Shown one piece after another: positions 1-27,764 of a stretch of 64,000 nt of DNA. Every line of letters starts with the position of its first letter. The first letter of the stretch is position 1. Origin of the DNA: the human T2T-CHM13v2.0 reference genome, Homo sapiens. The DNA lies in assembly GCF_009914755.1 (NCBI RefSeq), contig NC_060936.1. One strand, written 5' to 3'. The notes beneath the pieces were generated by a model, which saw only the letters and a list, made by a program, of their open reading frames with translations, searched no databases and was not told where the DNA came from. The position numbers and the translations under genes were made by a program.

Positions 1-4375
<4,375 letters not shown>

Positions 4376-4573
4376 CTTGACTACCTTCAGCACCCGCACA
4401 TCCTGGTCCAGCCCACGCTTCCCCTGGAAATGCTCCTGCCTCAGAAACTCCTCCACGGTCCGCACAGCGTCTAGCACCTCTTCCTTCCACTCCCGGTGGG
4501 GCTGCAGCCACTGAGCCACGAAGGAGTCCAGCCTGGAGGCTGGTGTGCTATACAGTTCCTGCATCAGTGCCAT
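4376..4573 (-). CDS. OASL: OASL (2'-5'-oligoadenylate synthetase-like) coding exon 1, 66 codons; the gene continues off the left edge
   Basis: Translates as MALMQELYSTPASRLDSFVAQWLQPHREWKEEVLDAVRTVEEFLRQEHFQGKRGLDQDVRVLKVVK, the human OASL N-terminus. ATG at 4573-4571 in context acagagATGG; canonical donor AAG|GTAAGA at 4375; phase 0. Confidence 0.98.
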
Positions 4574-4599
4574 CTCTGTCCCGAGAGTACCGCTGCTGG

Positions 4600-4910
4600 G
4601 CAGATATATAGCCAGGCTCCTACCCAGCTCCCTGGCACACACCTCCTTTTTTAAGGTAGCTCCTCCTCAGCTGCCCTCCAGTGCTCTGTGGGAGGAGGGA
4701 CCCTAGCAGAGAGGAAACCAGGTGTGACGGGCTGACTCCAGGTCCCCCTTCTTGGAGACACCCTTGCTGCAGTAGGGGCACAGGAGGACTCTGGGCTGAG
4801 GCTGGAATATCTGGGGCCACCTTAACAGGCTGGCCGTCTAGTCAATCTGTCATCAGTTTCGATTCTCAACTTTTAGAGTTCTCCTTTATGACGTTGGGAA
4901 ACTGAAGTTG
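4600..4910 (-). promoter_or_regulatory. OASL: OASL proximal promoter with ISRE/IRF sites
   Basis: AGTTTCGATTCTC at 4855-4867 (GAGAATCGAAACT on minus), a second IRF-like GGAAACTGAAGT at 4897-4908, a CRE half-site TGACGT at 4889-4894 and a TATA-like TATATA at 4605-4610. OASL is an established IFN/IRF3-induced gene. Confidence 0.8.
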
Positions 4911-5120
4911 GATAGTGTTTGACCCCAAAGGAGGCAACTTGCCCAGTAGGTTGGGGTTGGATAGTTGTTAGTCAATTCAACTGCTTACATCTGTCTAAGG
5001 AAATTGAGGCTTGGGAACGGAAGGGACTCACTAGTGTTCAGGTGGTGGAGTGAGAATCTGGAGCCCAAGAGAACAGACTGGGAATTCTAGTCTACCTGTG
5101 CCAGACTCTAACCTCTTTGA

Positions 5121-10420
<5,300 letters not shown>

Positions 10421-10951
10421 ATGACACATTCCAATTTAACTTTTCAAACTGGCTAACCCCAAGTGGAAAGCATCACATATTTTAATTACATAAATTATAA
10501 AAGTTCTTATATTTCCAGTGTTTGGTAGTACCTGATCCTTCAGCAATACCATATTATGAGGATTTAAAGAGCAGTGACAATTTCACAAAGCTAAGTCAAC
10601 AACCGGTTAAGACTCCAAACATTTGCCATATGGTTACGATGACTGACAATGAACTTCAAGGCAATATAGAAGTTATTCAAACAATAAACATTCAGACCTT
10701 AACCTATTGGTTTTTTATTCGACTTCGTGAAATCTCTGAGGGTTACATAGCTTTCAATTATTTGATCATTAATATGTTGGATGACATTTGAGGATTTCAA
10801 AAGGGAACATGAAATCAGTAATGTGTTGGTTTTATGGTTTGTTAAAATACCACCCAGTTGAGCAGGCATCTGCAGGGAGGGAGAAGAGCCAGTGGATAGG
10901 AAGGGGCTGAGCTAGGTTTTGAGCAGGAGAAAGAGACACAAAGATGAGTGT

Positions 10952-11093
10952 TGTCTTAGCTTGGATTCCCCTCAATGCAGAGCATGAGACAAGGGGTTGC
11001 ATGAAGGTGGTTTGTTCTGGGAAATGATCTCAAGGGGTAAGTGTGGGGGATTAGGAAGCAGAGAAAGCCAATCTGAGGAACTCTTTCTCTTTT

Positions 11094-11130
<37 letters not shown>

Positions 11131-11142
11131 TTTCTTTCTTTC

Positions 11143-11212
<70 letters not shown>

Positions 11213-11960
11213 TTCCTTCCTTCCTTCCTTTCTTTCTCTTTCTTTCTGTCATCTCTCTCTCTCTCTTTTCTCTTCCTTTTTTTTTGATGTTGTCTTGCTC
11301 ATTCGCCCAGGCTGGAGTGCAGTGGCATGATCACAACTCACTGTAACCTCGACCTCTTGGGCTTAAGTGATCCTCCCACCTCAGCCTCCTGAGTAGCTGG
11401 GACTACAGGCACAAGCCACCACACCTGGCTAATTTTAAATTGTTTTTTGTTGTTGTTGTTGAGACAGGGTCTCACTATGTTGCCCAAGCTGGTGTCGAAC
11501 TCCTAGACTCAAGTGATCCTCCCACCTCAGCCTCCTGAGTAGGTAGAGCTACAGGCACCATGCCTGGTTAATTTTCAGAAAATTGTTTGTAGAGATGGGG
11601 TCTTGCTACCTCAGACAGGGCTGAGATAGGAGGATCTCCTGAATGTGGGAAGTCAAGGCTGCAGTGAGCCCTGATCACTCCACTGTACTCCAGCCTGGGC
11701 AAGGGAGTGAGACCCTGTTTAAAAAAAGAAAAAATTGTCCATCTGAGAGGTAGAAGAGGGGCCACTGGTTCTGGCCTTCCCCTTGGTTATGGGTTGCTCC
11801 ATGGGGTGTTAACTCCCTTGAACTTGCAGGTTTGCTCATGCATCCTAATGGGTGAGTAGGCACCCACAGATGTGTCTTATGAGGTGGCGGAGAATGCCTT
11901 GATAGAAAGCAGGGCCAAGTTTCCTATTCATGGAGAGAGATTATAGAAGAAAATGGCTCA
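10952..11960. mobile_element. Old ERVL LTR (LTR16-like) split by a (TTTC)n-tailed Alu and further Alu pieces
   Basis: Starts tgtcttagcttggattcccctc...gagacaagg...gggaaatgatc, resembling LTR16; Alus at ~11280-11730. Confidence 0.5.
11081..11285. repeat. (TTTC)n/(CCTT)n microsatellite, Alu-tail derived
   Basis: Visible tetranucleotide array abutting a minus-strand Alu. Confidence 0.95.
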
Positions 11961-12271
11961 CAGGCTGGGTGTGGTGGCTCATGCCTGTAATCCCAGCACT
12001 TTGGGAGGCTGAGATGGGCAGATCACCTGAGAGGTCAGGAGTTCGAGTTCAGCCTGGCCAAATGGTGAAACCCTGTCTCTACTAAAAATACAAAAAATTA
12101 ACAGAGCGCAGTGGCGGGTGCCTGTAATCCCAGCAACTAGGGAGGCTGAGATGGGAGAATTGCTTGAACCGGGAGGCGGAGTTTGCAGTGAACCGAGATC
12201 GCACCACTGCACTCCAGCATGGGCAACAGAGCGAGACTCCGTCTCAAAGAAAAAAAAAAAAAAAAAAAAAG

Positions 12272-14310
<2,039 letters not shown>

Positions 14311-14358
14311 TAAACCAGCTGGCACCCCCTCTGGCATCATCTGGACTCCTGGATCCAC

Positions 14359-15452
<1,094 letters not shown>

Positions 15453-15712
15453 GGTCCAGTTGTACCTAATGTTAGCTTCCCCTGGACTCTTATGGGCCAT
15501 TATATGCTATTTATTTTGAATTTGTATTTGTATTTTTAGAGTCAGGGTCTCACTCTTTCACCCAGGCTGGGGTGTAGTGGCACAATCATAGCTCACTGTA
15601 ACCTCAAATACCTGGGCTTATGTGATCCTCCTACCTCAGCCTCCCGAGTGGCTAGGACTATAGATGTGCGCTTACCACACCTACCTAACTTTTATATTTT
15701 TTGTAGATATGA

Positions 15713-15838
<126 letters not shown>

Positions 15839-17416
15839 TAAACTATTTTGAATGGGGTGTCTGTCACTTGCAACCCAAAATGTCCTTATGTTCCAGGAGT
15901 GAATGGACTGGAAGGATAAATGGGCAGAAAATTGAAGGCATCCACTAGGGAGTGACTGGCAGGCTTGACCATGGGGTCTGGGCTGGATAGAAAGGCAAGT
16001 AAACCAGGGTGTAGAAGAAATGGGTCAGTAGCCCAAGGTCCTTCCTCCTTGAAACCTTAAGACTTCCTTCTCTGAATCTCTTCTTGGAGCTGAATGAAAT
16101 TCACTGGTAGCCTCCTGGTCTCCCCAGTGATACTGGGCTCTTGCTAACTCATATCAGCCTGTTTTCTATAGGCCCCTAGAATTCCACAGAATTGTGACCG
16201 CCTCCCTGTTTAAAAGTAGGAAAACTGTGGAGCCCCGTCCCTGATCATTACCATAATTCATCTCCTTGCATTCTGGCAAAACAGCTCAGTTGGACTTCTG
16301 GGTCTTAGGGACTTTCTCCTTGTGATATCTGGAGCACCACGGAATAAAGCTGCATCCAGTTTTCAACCTACCCAAAGGACAGAAACTTGCACAAAAATTG
16401 TCTCAATGCCTAATATCACAACATTTTCTCCATCCTCCTTCCTGACTCTAAAGCAGGAGGGAGATAGCTCCTGGGGATTCTGAAACCAACAGGCAAATGG
16501 CAAATGTTGTCAGGGATAAACATGCAAATTTATGCATAAAATATGAAAAACGCCAATGGTCAGAACTTAATCACATGGTCACACCCAGCTGCAAGGGAGG
16601 CTGGGAAATGTAGTCTTTAGCCTTTGGCAATGTGCCTAACTAAAAATTCTATTGCTATGGAAGAAAGGGAGAAAGGATATTGAGGGAAAATAGCAATTTC
16701 TGCCACAGCATGCATTCTGTTTTTGCCATGTTGGCCGTGGTATAGAACTAAGAGTGAGGGAACTTCCAGGACTGGAAAGAATACAACTCTTTAGAATTCC
16801 CTCTACTCCAACACGAGGATATGCAGGGAGAATTTGGAGGGGGCAGTGGAAGGAGCTAATAACAGCTGGTAGCTGTTGCATTTAGTGAGCACTGTGTGTT
16901 AGGCAGTGGGTGCAGAATTTCACCTGTGTCGTGTTGTTCCAGACCTCATCCAATACCTCATTCAGTCCTCCTTGAATTCATCCATTCATTCAACATGTAT
17001 TTACGGAGCTCCTATTATGTGTTAGCCACTGTGCCAGGCACTGGGAGACAGCGCTGAATAAGACGGTCCTCCATTCCTGGTGAGTTTACAGCAAAGCAAA
17101 GTAGTCGCAGCATGAGCTTTGGAGCCAGAGTGTCTGGATTCAAATCCAAGTGTATTCATTGTGTGAATGTGGAAGTCATCTAAACTATTTGTGTCTCAGT
17201 TTCCCCACCTGGAAAATGAGGATGATAATAGGACCTACATCCTAAGCCTACTGTGGTGCTCCGAAGAAGGAATAGATGGAAAGTACTCAGCCCAGCACCT
17301 GACACATAGTTGGTGCTCAATGAATGTGAGCTATTATTCTAATGAGAAGACAAATCTCGAATTGGAATTTTAATGAGATGAGTGTGAACAGAAAGAAGAG
17401 CAGGGTTCACTGTTAG

Positions 17417-17689
<273 letters not shown>

Positions 17690-18467
17690 TGATCCACCCG
17701 CCTCGGCCTCCCAAAGTGCTGGGATTACAGGTGTGAGCCACCGTGCCTGGCTGAGTCATTCTTTTTCCCAGATTATTCAGTTGAGATATAACTCACAAAC
17801 AATAGAGCACACAGGTTTGAAGTGCAGTGGATGAGGATGATGGCACTTGCCACCAGATGCCCCTTCAGGACTGGGGCACTCATTTCCCAGCTGTTGGGAG
17901 TGTTGCTGCTAACAGCTCCTAGTTGAGTCCCTGCCAGAGCATTGCCCTCAGACAATGGGAGGTTGCTTCACTCAAGATCATATCCTCAGACCAGGTGTGC
18001 CTGTTATCCCAGCACTTTGGGAGGCCAAGGAGGGAGGGTTGCTTGAACCCGGGAGACAGGGGTTGCAGTGATCTGAGATTGTGCCACTGCACTCCAGCCA
18101 CTGCACTCTAGCCTGGGCGACAAAGTGAGACTCCGTCTCAAAAAAAAAAAAAAGAAAAAAGAAAAATAATGGTAAATATCTACAAGTTACAAAGAGTTCT
18201 TAAAACTGATAAGGAAGACAGACAGCTCAATGGGAAAATGTGCAAATTACATTAATACATAGCTCCCAAAAGTTCTAGTTGAGAAGTCCCAAACAAATGC
18301 ATTTTTTTGAAAGGTAGACTACAAAACCAGTATGCATGATATGACTCCACTTATGTAAGCTCTGTGTGCACCGTACGCACATAGATTTCAAGAGAGGCAG
18401 GAGAGGCTAGGCGTGGTGGCTCGCACCTGTAATCCCAGCACTTCGGGGGGCCGAGGCGGGCAGATCA

Positions 18468-18722
<255 letters not shown>

Positions 18723-18836
18723 TCACTGTTATTGGTATTCTCTCAGGGATTTCATGTGAATTTTATCATTTTCCTTATGCTTTTCTGCATTGCTTTAATT
18801 TTTTTTAAAAATAAGTCTATTGTGATATTCAGATAA

Positions 18837-19085
<249 letters not shown>

Positions 19086-19779
19086 TGATCCACCCACCTT
19101 TGCCTCCCAATAATTTAATATTTAAGAAATTTAATATACATTTTAATGTATATTAAAATAATTGCTGGAAAGACTACATAAAAAATGCAGACTACTTAGC
19201 ATAGATCATGAACAGAATTAACAGTCAGTAAATGGTGGTTTTATTATTATTATTGATGTTATTGTTTTTATTAATATCTGAAGCCCCTGAGCTCTGAAGC
19301 TTGTTGAAAATCATGTTTGTACTCATCAGGAACCATTTTATTGTCCTTGAGTAAGGTGGCATTGGAACCAGGAGGTTCTAAGCAGGACACCACACTTCAG
19401 AATGTAACAGGTGGGCTGTGTGTGGTGGCTCACGCCTGTAATCCCAGCACTTTGGGAGACCGAGTTGGTAGGATTGCTTGAGCAACAGAGTGATACCCCC
19501 TGCATCCCATCTCTACAAACCATAAAAAAATTAGCTTGATGTGGTGGCACATGCCTGTGGTTCCAGCCACACAGAAAGGTGAGGCAGGAGGCTTATCTGA
19601 GCCCAGGTCAAGGCTGCAATGAGCTGTGATGGCACCACTGCACCACTCCAGCCTGGGGGACAGAGGGAGATCCTGTCTCAAAAAACAAAAAAGAGAATAG
19701 TATAGCACAGTATGGCAACAACAAACAAACAAAATGGCTATCCCTAACATTGTACGGTATCCTTAGACAATGAAGGTTA

Positions 19780-20169
<390 letters not shown>

Positions 20170-20431
20170 TTAGAGAGAAATCACCTCCTTGGGTTGGGTG
20201 GGAATCCATCATTTGGAAGTCCCATTTATTTCCCCAGGCCATGATGGAATATGGTAACACATGCATTTATGGGAGGACTTAATCTCCAAGGTATCGCTCC
20301 AGTCCTGTCTCCCTGAAAAAGGGCAACCTCCACTCTCTCCCACTGGATTCCACTTTCTCAAGCCTCCCGAGGCCAGGTTGGCAAAGCGGCCCTGACTAGT
20401 TTCTCTGGACCCGACCTGTCGCTGTCTTTAC

Positions 20432-20719
20432 CCAGAGCATCGAAAGCCGGGAGCTTATCCATCCAAATGACTCCGCTGCTCTTCCTGGACTGGACCTGGA
20501 GGGACAGGGAGTCAGGGGCCCTTGTCCCCTCCCTGTGCCGGACCACAGTGATATTGTAGGCCAGGCTCTTGCTACAGTGAACCAATTCTCTTCAATGAAG
20601 CTGATGATACTGTCTCGCAGCTGTGCCTGGTCTTGGACGCTGGAGAAGCAGCTCAGGAAGAGAATCAGGTCCAGGTCAGAGCTGTAGTTCAGCATCGTCC
20701 CCTTCCCTGTGGAGACGCT
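20432..20719 (-). pseudogene. OASL2P: OASL2 pseudogene exon 2 (OAS nucleotidyltransferase core)
   Basis: Acceptor tcctccacag| at 20720 and donor G|GTAAAG at 20431. Reads [44 protein letters not shown]-[1-nt deletion ~20586][52 protein letters not shown], colinear with recalled mouse Oasl2 ([27 protein letters not shown]...WMDILPAYDALG). Confidence 0.95.
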
Positions 20720-21024
20720 CTGTGGAGGATGACATGGGTGAGTGTCACCTCTGCTGAGATCTGATGCTTTGGGGTTAGGAATGAAGCCAGAGGCACCCAG
20801 GTTAGGCTGTTCACCCAGGTCCCAAAGGAGCCCTTGGTCTCCATCATACATCATGGTCTTTGCTGAGTATTATTACTTTTTTCATTGATTCAAAAAAATT
20901 AAATACCCGGTAAACACTTCAAAGGATGTAAGTAAAATGTAAAACTCCACTCCTCTTAAAGCCCGAAACTCCTTTTCCAGAGACAACCACAGTTACAAGC
21001 TTCTTGCATATCGCTCCATAAATG

Positions 21025-21715
21025 TACAGCAAGACCTGTATCACCCAACATGGTATCCAAGAACCACATGTGGCTATTTAAATTTAAATTAATTATGCTG
21101 GGAGCAGTGGCTCACGCCTGTATTGCCAGCACTTTGGGAGGCTGAGGTGGGAGGATTGCTTGAGGCCAGGAGTTTGAGGCTGCAGTGAGCCATGATCACC
21201 CCACTGGTACTGCAGCCTGGGTGACAGAGACACTGTCTCCAATAGATAAATAAATAAATTTAAATGAATTAAAATGAAATGAAATAAAACATTCAGTACT
21301 TTGGTCCTACTGACCTCATTTGACGTGCTCAAGGGCTGCCCAGAAATAGTGGCTATTGTATTGGACGGTGAATGTATAGAACCTTCCCACAGGGTGCGGT
21401 GGCTCACACCTGTAATCCCAGCACTTCGGGAGGCCAAAGCGGGAAGGTTGCTTTGAGCCAAGGAGTTCGAGATCAGCCTGGGCAACAGGGCAAAACCCTG
21501 TGTCAACAAAAAAATCAGCCGGGGGTAGCGCTGCATGCCTGTAGTCCCAGCTTCTCGGGAAGCTCAGGTGGGACGATCGCTTGAGTCAGGGAGGTTGAGG
21601 CCGCAGTGAGCCGAGACCGTGCCATGGTACTCCAGCCTGGGCAACAGGGCAAGACCCTGTCTACAAAAAAGAACCTTCCTATCATCATAGAAAATTCTAT
21701 GAACAGTTCTGACTG
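21025..21715. mobile_element. MER3-like hAT DNA transposon split by two Alus
   Basis: ccacatgtggctatttaaatttaaattaatt...tagtggctattgtattggac...tagaaccttcc...catagaaaattctatgaacag. Confidence 0.65.
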
Positions 21716-22183
21716 AAACATATTGTTGTGCATATATTTTGTATACATCTATTTCGTATGCGTAGAGGCATGTGTGTATGTATAACCATTTTTGAGACTT
21801 TTAATTTGGAAGTAATTACAGATTCACAGGAAGTTGTAAAGATAGGACAGAGGCGTCTGGTGTGTCCTTTACTCAGTCCCCCTCAATGCTCACATCTTAC
21901 ACAGCTATAGTGGAATGTCAAACCCAGCAAATTGACATCAACACAATGTTTGTATTCGTTGTGTGACGTATCATCACATGCAGGGATTCCTGTAACCACC
22001 ACTGCAATCAAGATGGAGAACTATTCCATTACTGCCAAGACGGGCCTCATGCAGCTTCTTCATGTCACACCCACCTCCCTCCCCTCCTCCATCCTGAAAT
22101 CAGGGAAACCATTAACCTCTTTTCCATCTCTGTTGTCTTATCATTTTGAGAATATTATATACATGGAACTATATGGTATGTGA

Positions 22184-22552
<369 letters not shown>

Positions 22553-23237
22553 TGAGCCACCGCGCCCAGCCATCACTCTTGTTACAGATTATTCAAGATT
22601 TGACTCCAGTCCCTAATCTGCCTGCCTGCTATTTAGTTTTTGGAGTCCTCAAGTACTTGCTTTCTAATGTCTGTCCAGAGTTTTAGTTGTAATTTGTGAG
22701 ATGTTTACTACATCTTGGCTGGCACCGGAAGTTTATAATCACTTTTGAAATAAGTATATTTATAGTTACACATGAAATAAAATATTTTCTAGTTCTTTAT
22801 AAACATTGAAAATGTGATCATAGTGCACTAAAATATAAATGGTGCTTATCTATGAATAGTAAGGGCATTCATTTGAGGGTTTTTTTTGGTATTTTCCTAT
22901 ATTTTTGTGACTCAATGTATGATTTTTGTAATTAAAAACATTATGAAGCAATTTTGACTTCAGATTCCTCTGTAACCTTAATTTAGACATTGGATTCCTT
23001 GACCAGAGGACACAGAATAGTAGAAAAGGAAGAATATCGGTGTCAGGTGGAGTTAGTGACTAAGTACTGCAAGAGATGTCCTTGCAAACGTTGTCCCTGG
23101 TCCCAGAAGACTCTCCAAGATATTCATGGCAGGAAATCAAATGGAACCAGTATATTCGACTCTAGAAAAATACAGCACTCTTGTCTTAATAAGGATGAAT
23201 GAAAGCTAGAAGACTAAAATGCAACTAAGAAAACTTA

Positions 23238-23634
<397 letters not shown>

Positions 23635-25197
23635 TCAAGATCAGCCTGGGCAACATGGTGAAACCCCATCTCTACTAAAACACAAAAAAAGAAAAAAAAA
23701 ATTAGCTAGGCGTGGTGTTGCGTGCTTGTAATCCCAGCTACTTGGGAGGCTGAGGCTGAGGCACGAGAATTGCTTGAACCTGGGAGGTGGAAGTTGCAGT
23801 AAGCCGAAATTGTGCCACCACTGAACTCCAGCCTGGGCAACAGAGCAATACTGTCTCAAAAAAAAAAAAAAAGAAAAAAGAAAAAAAAAACCAGAAAGGA
23901 AGAAAACTTAGTGCTTGAAAAGCTCAAGCAAATGTTGAATTATATGCAATGTACTCCCTTCTTCCCAATACAGAAACAAAGTCCTTCTTGTTGCTTGTTT
24001 ACCGATGTTTATTCAAACAGGATCTCTAGCTCTATAGATAACTTTGTTGTAGGCATTTTCTGTGCTGGTCAAAACTGGTGGAAATAGGTATTCTAGGGGC
24101 GTTTCCACCTCTGGAAATAGAGATGGTTGAGAGAGCAAGAGGAAAGGTAAAATGCATTTTTTTCTTATACAGACAAATAGTCTCCATTTGAAACACATCC
24201 CCGTAGAGGCGGGAATAGGAACTTCACGTTGTGAGTGTTTGAGATCATATGAATGGTGCGCCTCCCATCAAGACAGTGCCTTTCAATCAGTAGAAGAACT
24301 TTATTATGACATATGTTAAAGTACTTGAACACCCTCGAACCCATTCTTAAGAGAATACGCATTCTATTTCTGGTTCTGATCGGGATTCCCCTTTTCTTTG
24401 TGTTTTTGTTTTGGATCTGGAAAGCAAAGATGCTGCCAGAGCTCTGCAGCAGAGGGACCTTAGGGCACATGCAGATGTGTGGACGAGCCAGAAGCCAGAA
24501 GGGCAAAGTTGTATCTTTTTAAGCAACCATGGAAGCTCGAATTTCTGTTTTGAAGCTCAGGGTTTGCTAGTAACACTCCTGATTATTTGCCTTCGACTCC
24601 GTATTTAAAGATTCTTTTTTTGAGACACTGTCACCCAGGCTACAGTGCAGCGGCATGACCACAGCTCACTGCAGCCTCGACCTCCTGGCCTCAAGTGATC
24701 CTCCCACCTCAGCCTCCCGAGTAGCTGGGACCACAGGTGGATGCTACCATACCTGGCTAATTTTTTTGTGCTTTTTGTAGAGACAAGTTTTCGTGATGTT
24801 GCCCAGGCTGGTCTTGAGCTCCTGGGCTCAAGCAATCTGCCTACATTGGCTTCTCAAAGTGCCGGGATTACAGGCGAGAACCACTGTGCCTGGCCTGAAG
24901 ATTCATTAAAGCTGCATTTCCTTCCTTTTCAGTCGTATTCTCGGCAGCCATTGCCACTCCCAGGTGAAGTCTGATTTGCTTAAGATAATGTTAGATGTCT
25001 TTCATTCTAGCAAAATAAACCAAATCTAGATTTATGGTTAAGGCATTTTTGATTTAGGGTGATATGTTAAAAGTTGAACTATAGTTTAGTACTTTCCCAG
25101 GGGAAACCATGCTATAAATACGTATTTGATTCCATGGTCAGCCTCTAACAAACCCTCTGAACCCAGAGAGTACCCTCTGATATTACCTAATTGCTAG

Positions 25198-25419
<222 letters not shown>

Positions 25420-25691
25420 TAGTAGAGACGGGGTTTCACCATGTTAGCCAGGATGGTCTCGATCTCCTGACCTCGTGTTCCGCCTGCCTTGGCCTCCCAA
25501 AGTACCGAGATTACAGGCGTGAGCCACCGCGCCCGGCCAGTCAGTGCCATTTTAGAAGGAAAATATAGATGATCTTGATGACTTTAGGGGTTAAGTGGGG
25601 CTGGTTAAAGAGGAAACAAAAGGCATAAATTTTATTTTAATTTCTTTAAAAATTTTTTTTAAATAATATATAAAAAAGTTTAAAATTTTAA

Positions 25692-25847
<156 letters not shown>

Positions 25848-25887
25848 TAGTCCACTTGATTCCCTGGCACTTAGAGAGCTGGATCCC

Positions 25888-25889
<2 letters not shown>

Positions 25890-25934
<45 letters not shown>
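25890..25934. repeat. (CAT)n trinucleotide repeat in OASL2P intron 1
   Basis: Perfect array. Confidence 0.95.
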
Positions 25935-25938
<4 letters not shown>

Positions 25939-26132
25939 TTTGTAGAATAGTTTACTGCTTAAGAGCACTTTTCTATGCTTTATCCCATTTATTGTTCATT
26001 AGAAACCGGTTTTAGAGAGGAAGAGACCGATGCTCAGAGAGACAAAATAACTCATCCCTTACCTATCCCACAGCCCCACAGTCCCACAGGGCAGAGCTGG
26101 GATTTGAACCCCGGGGGTTCCTGAGTGCTCAC

Positions 26133-26354
26133 CTTTGCCATCTTCAGCACCCTGACTTCCTGGTCCAGAATCAGCTCATTATAGAAGAACTGATCCCTCA
26201 AGAACTGCTCAGTTCAATGCCCGGCATCCTTCACTTCATCCTTCCAGTCTCCCTGGGGCTGGAGGCTGTTTTACGAAGGCAGACTGGAAGGATGTTTTAT
26301 GAAGACATCCAGCCTGTCCCCAGGGGTGTCATACAGGTCCTGGAAGCCTGCCAT
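26133..26354 (-). pseudogene. OASL2P: OASL2 pseudogene exon 1 (not recovered by the ORF track)
   Basis: My translation: [78 protein letters not shown]. It aligns to OASL exon 1 in this window and to recalled mouse Oasl2 (MDPFPDLYATPGDSLD...LDQEVRVIKVVK). Same acagagATGGCA context and phase-0 donor; stops at 26273-26271 and 26216-26214. Confidence 0.95.
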
Positions 26355-26914
26355 CTCTGTGGGACCAGGAATGAATCGTCTCTGCTTCTGCCCAGCCCTG
26401 TAAGGGGCAACTCCCAGCCTTTGTCCAGTAGGCCACAGAACTGCAGAAGGGCAGGGAGATGGTGTGGGTTAGAGAGAGAGTTAGCTGCCCTTTTTCTTTC
26501 TTTTTTTTTTTTTTTTTTGATACAGAGTCTTGCTCTGTCACCCATGGCGTGATCTCAGCTCACCGCAACCTCTGCCTCCCGGGTTCAAGGGATTCTCCCA
26601 CCTCAGCCTCCTGTGTAGCTGGGATTACAGGCACCTGACACCACGCCCGGCTAATTTTTGGTATTTTTGGTATTTTTAGTAGAAACGGGGTTTCACCATG
26701 TTGGCCAGGCTGGTCTCAAACTCCTGACCTCAGGTGATCTGCCCGCCTTGGGCTCCCAAAGTGCTGGGATTACAGGCGTGAGCCACCGACGGAAGAATCA
26801 CTAAGCTTACTTTCCTCTTTTTAGGGTGCAGAGAGGGCTAGGGGGCCCTCCAGGCATCAGCTGAGCCTCCCTCTGCTGGGCTGCCTTAGTTCAGCAGCCA
26901 TCTCTCCTGCCGGC

Positions 26915-27125
26915 TGAGAATGGAAACTGAAACTGAACTTTGTTTTGTTTGTTTGGGTTTTTTTGTTTTGTTTTGTTTTGTTTTAATTGGAAACAGAAAA
27001 TTTGCTGAGCTTTGAAAGAGGAATTTTCTCTTTCCATTTGAGGTTGCCAGGAAAAAAGGCTGGAGATGGAGCCAAGTGCCCCTTGGGCTTCCTTGAGAGG
27101 AAGGTTCTCAGGCTGGGAGTTTCCC
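26915..27125. promoter_or_regulatory. Retained OASL2P interferon-responsive promoter or enhancer
   Basis: GAGAATGGAAACTGAAACTGAAC (26916-26938, consensus ISRE), GGAAACAGAAAA (26989-27000) and NF-kB consensus GGGAGTTTCC (27115-27124). Confidence 0.65.
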
Positions 27126-27644
27126 AGGGTGTCCTGGAGCTGGGCTGCCCCCACCTCTCCATCCCCTATTTCCTGCTGCAGGAGCAGACCTTGTCTCCCT
27201 ACGGGAACTCAGTAGTGTCTGCCCCGGAATCAGAAGGTGCTGGCTCCTTGGGGTGAGGGGATGGGGGCTTGGGCTGAGCCCCGGGAGTCCTGGGGCCTGG
27301 GATTGACTCTTTATTTTCTAAAAGCAAAGACATACTCACCCCTTTACTACTTGTTTTGTTGCGTATATTTAGGTCTCCCCTATCCCCTCACCAATAATCC
27401 ACAGGAAGGAGGTAATCTTTTAAAAAATTGTCTTTAGGGGGCGCTGTTCTCTCAAGAACTTCATTTTGAAGAGCAAACTGACAGTTTGTGGTAGACACAT
27501 TGGCTTTTAAAGATCTCAACTAGCGACCAGGCGCGGTGGCTCTCGCCTGTAATCCAGCACTTTGGGAGGCCGAGGCGGGAGGATCGCTTGAGGCCAGGAG
27601 TTTGAGACCAGCCTGGCTAACATGATGAAACCTCGTCTCTACTA

Positions 27645-27764
<120 letters not shown>

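Noticed and set aside
4574-4642. 23-aa N-terminal extension of OASL in the ORF track
   Set aside because: It starts at a GTG and spans the TATA-like region; the recognised protein starts at the ATG at 4573.
24313-24522. 69-aa ORF with a transmembrane-like stretch (RILFLVLIGIPLFFVFLFWIW) in OASL2P intron 1
   Set aside because: Explained by T-rich composition; no recognisable homologue or exon context.
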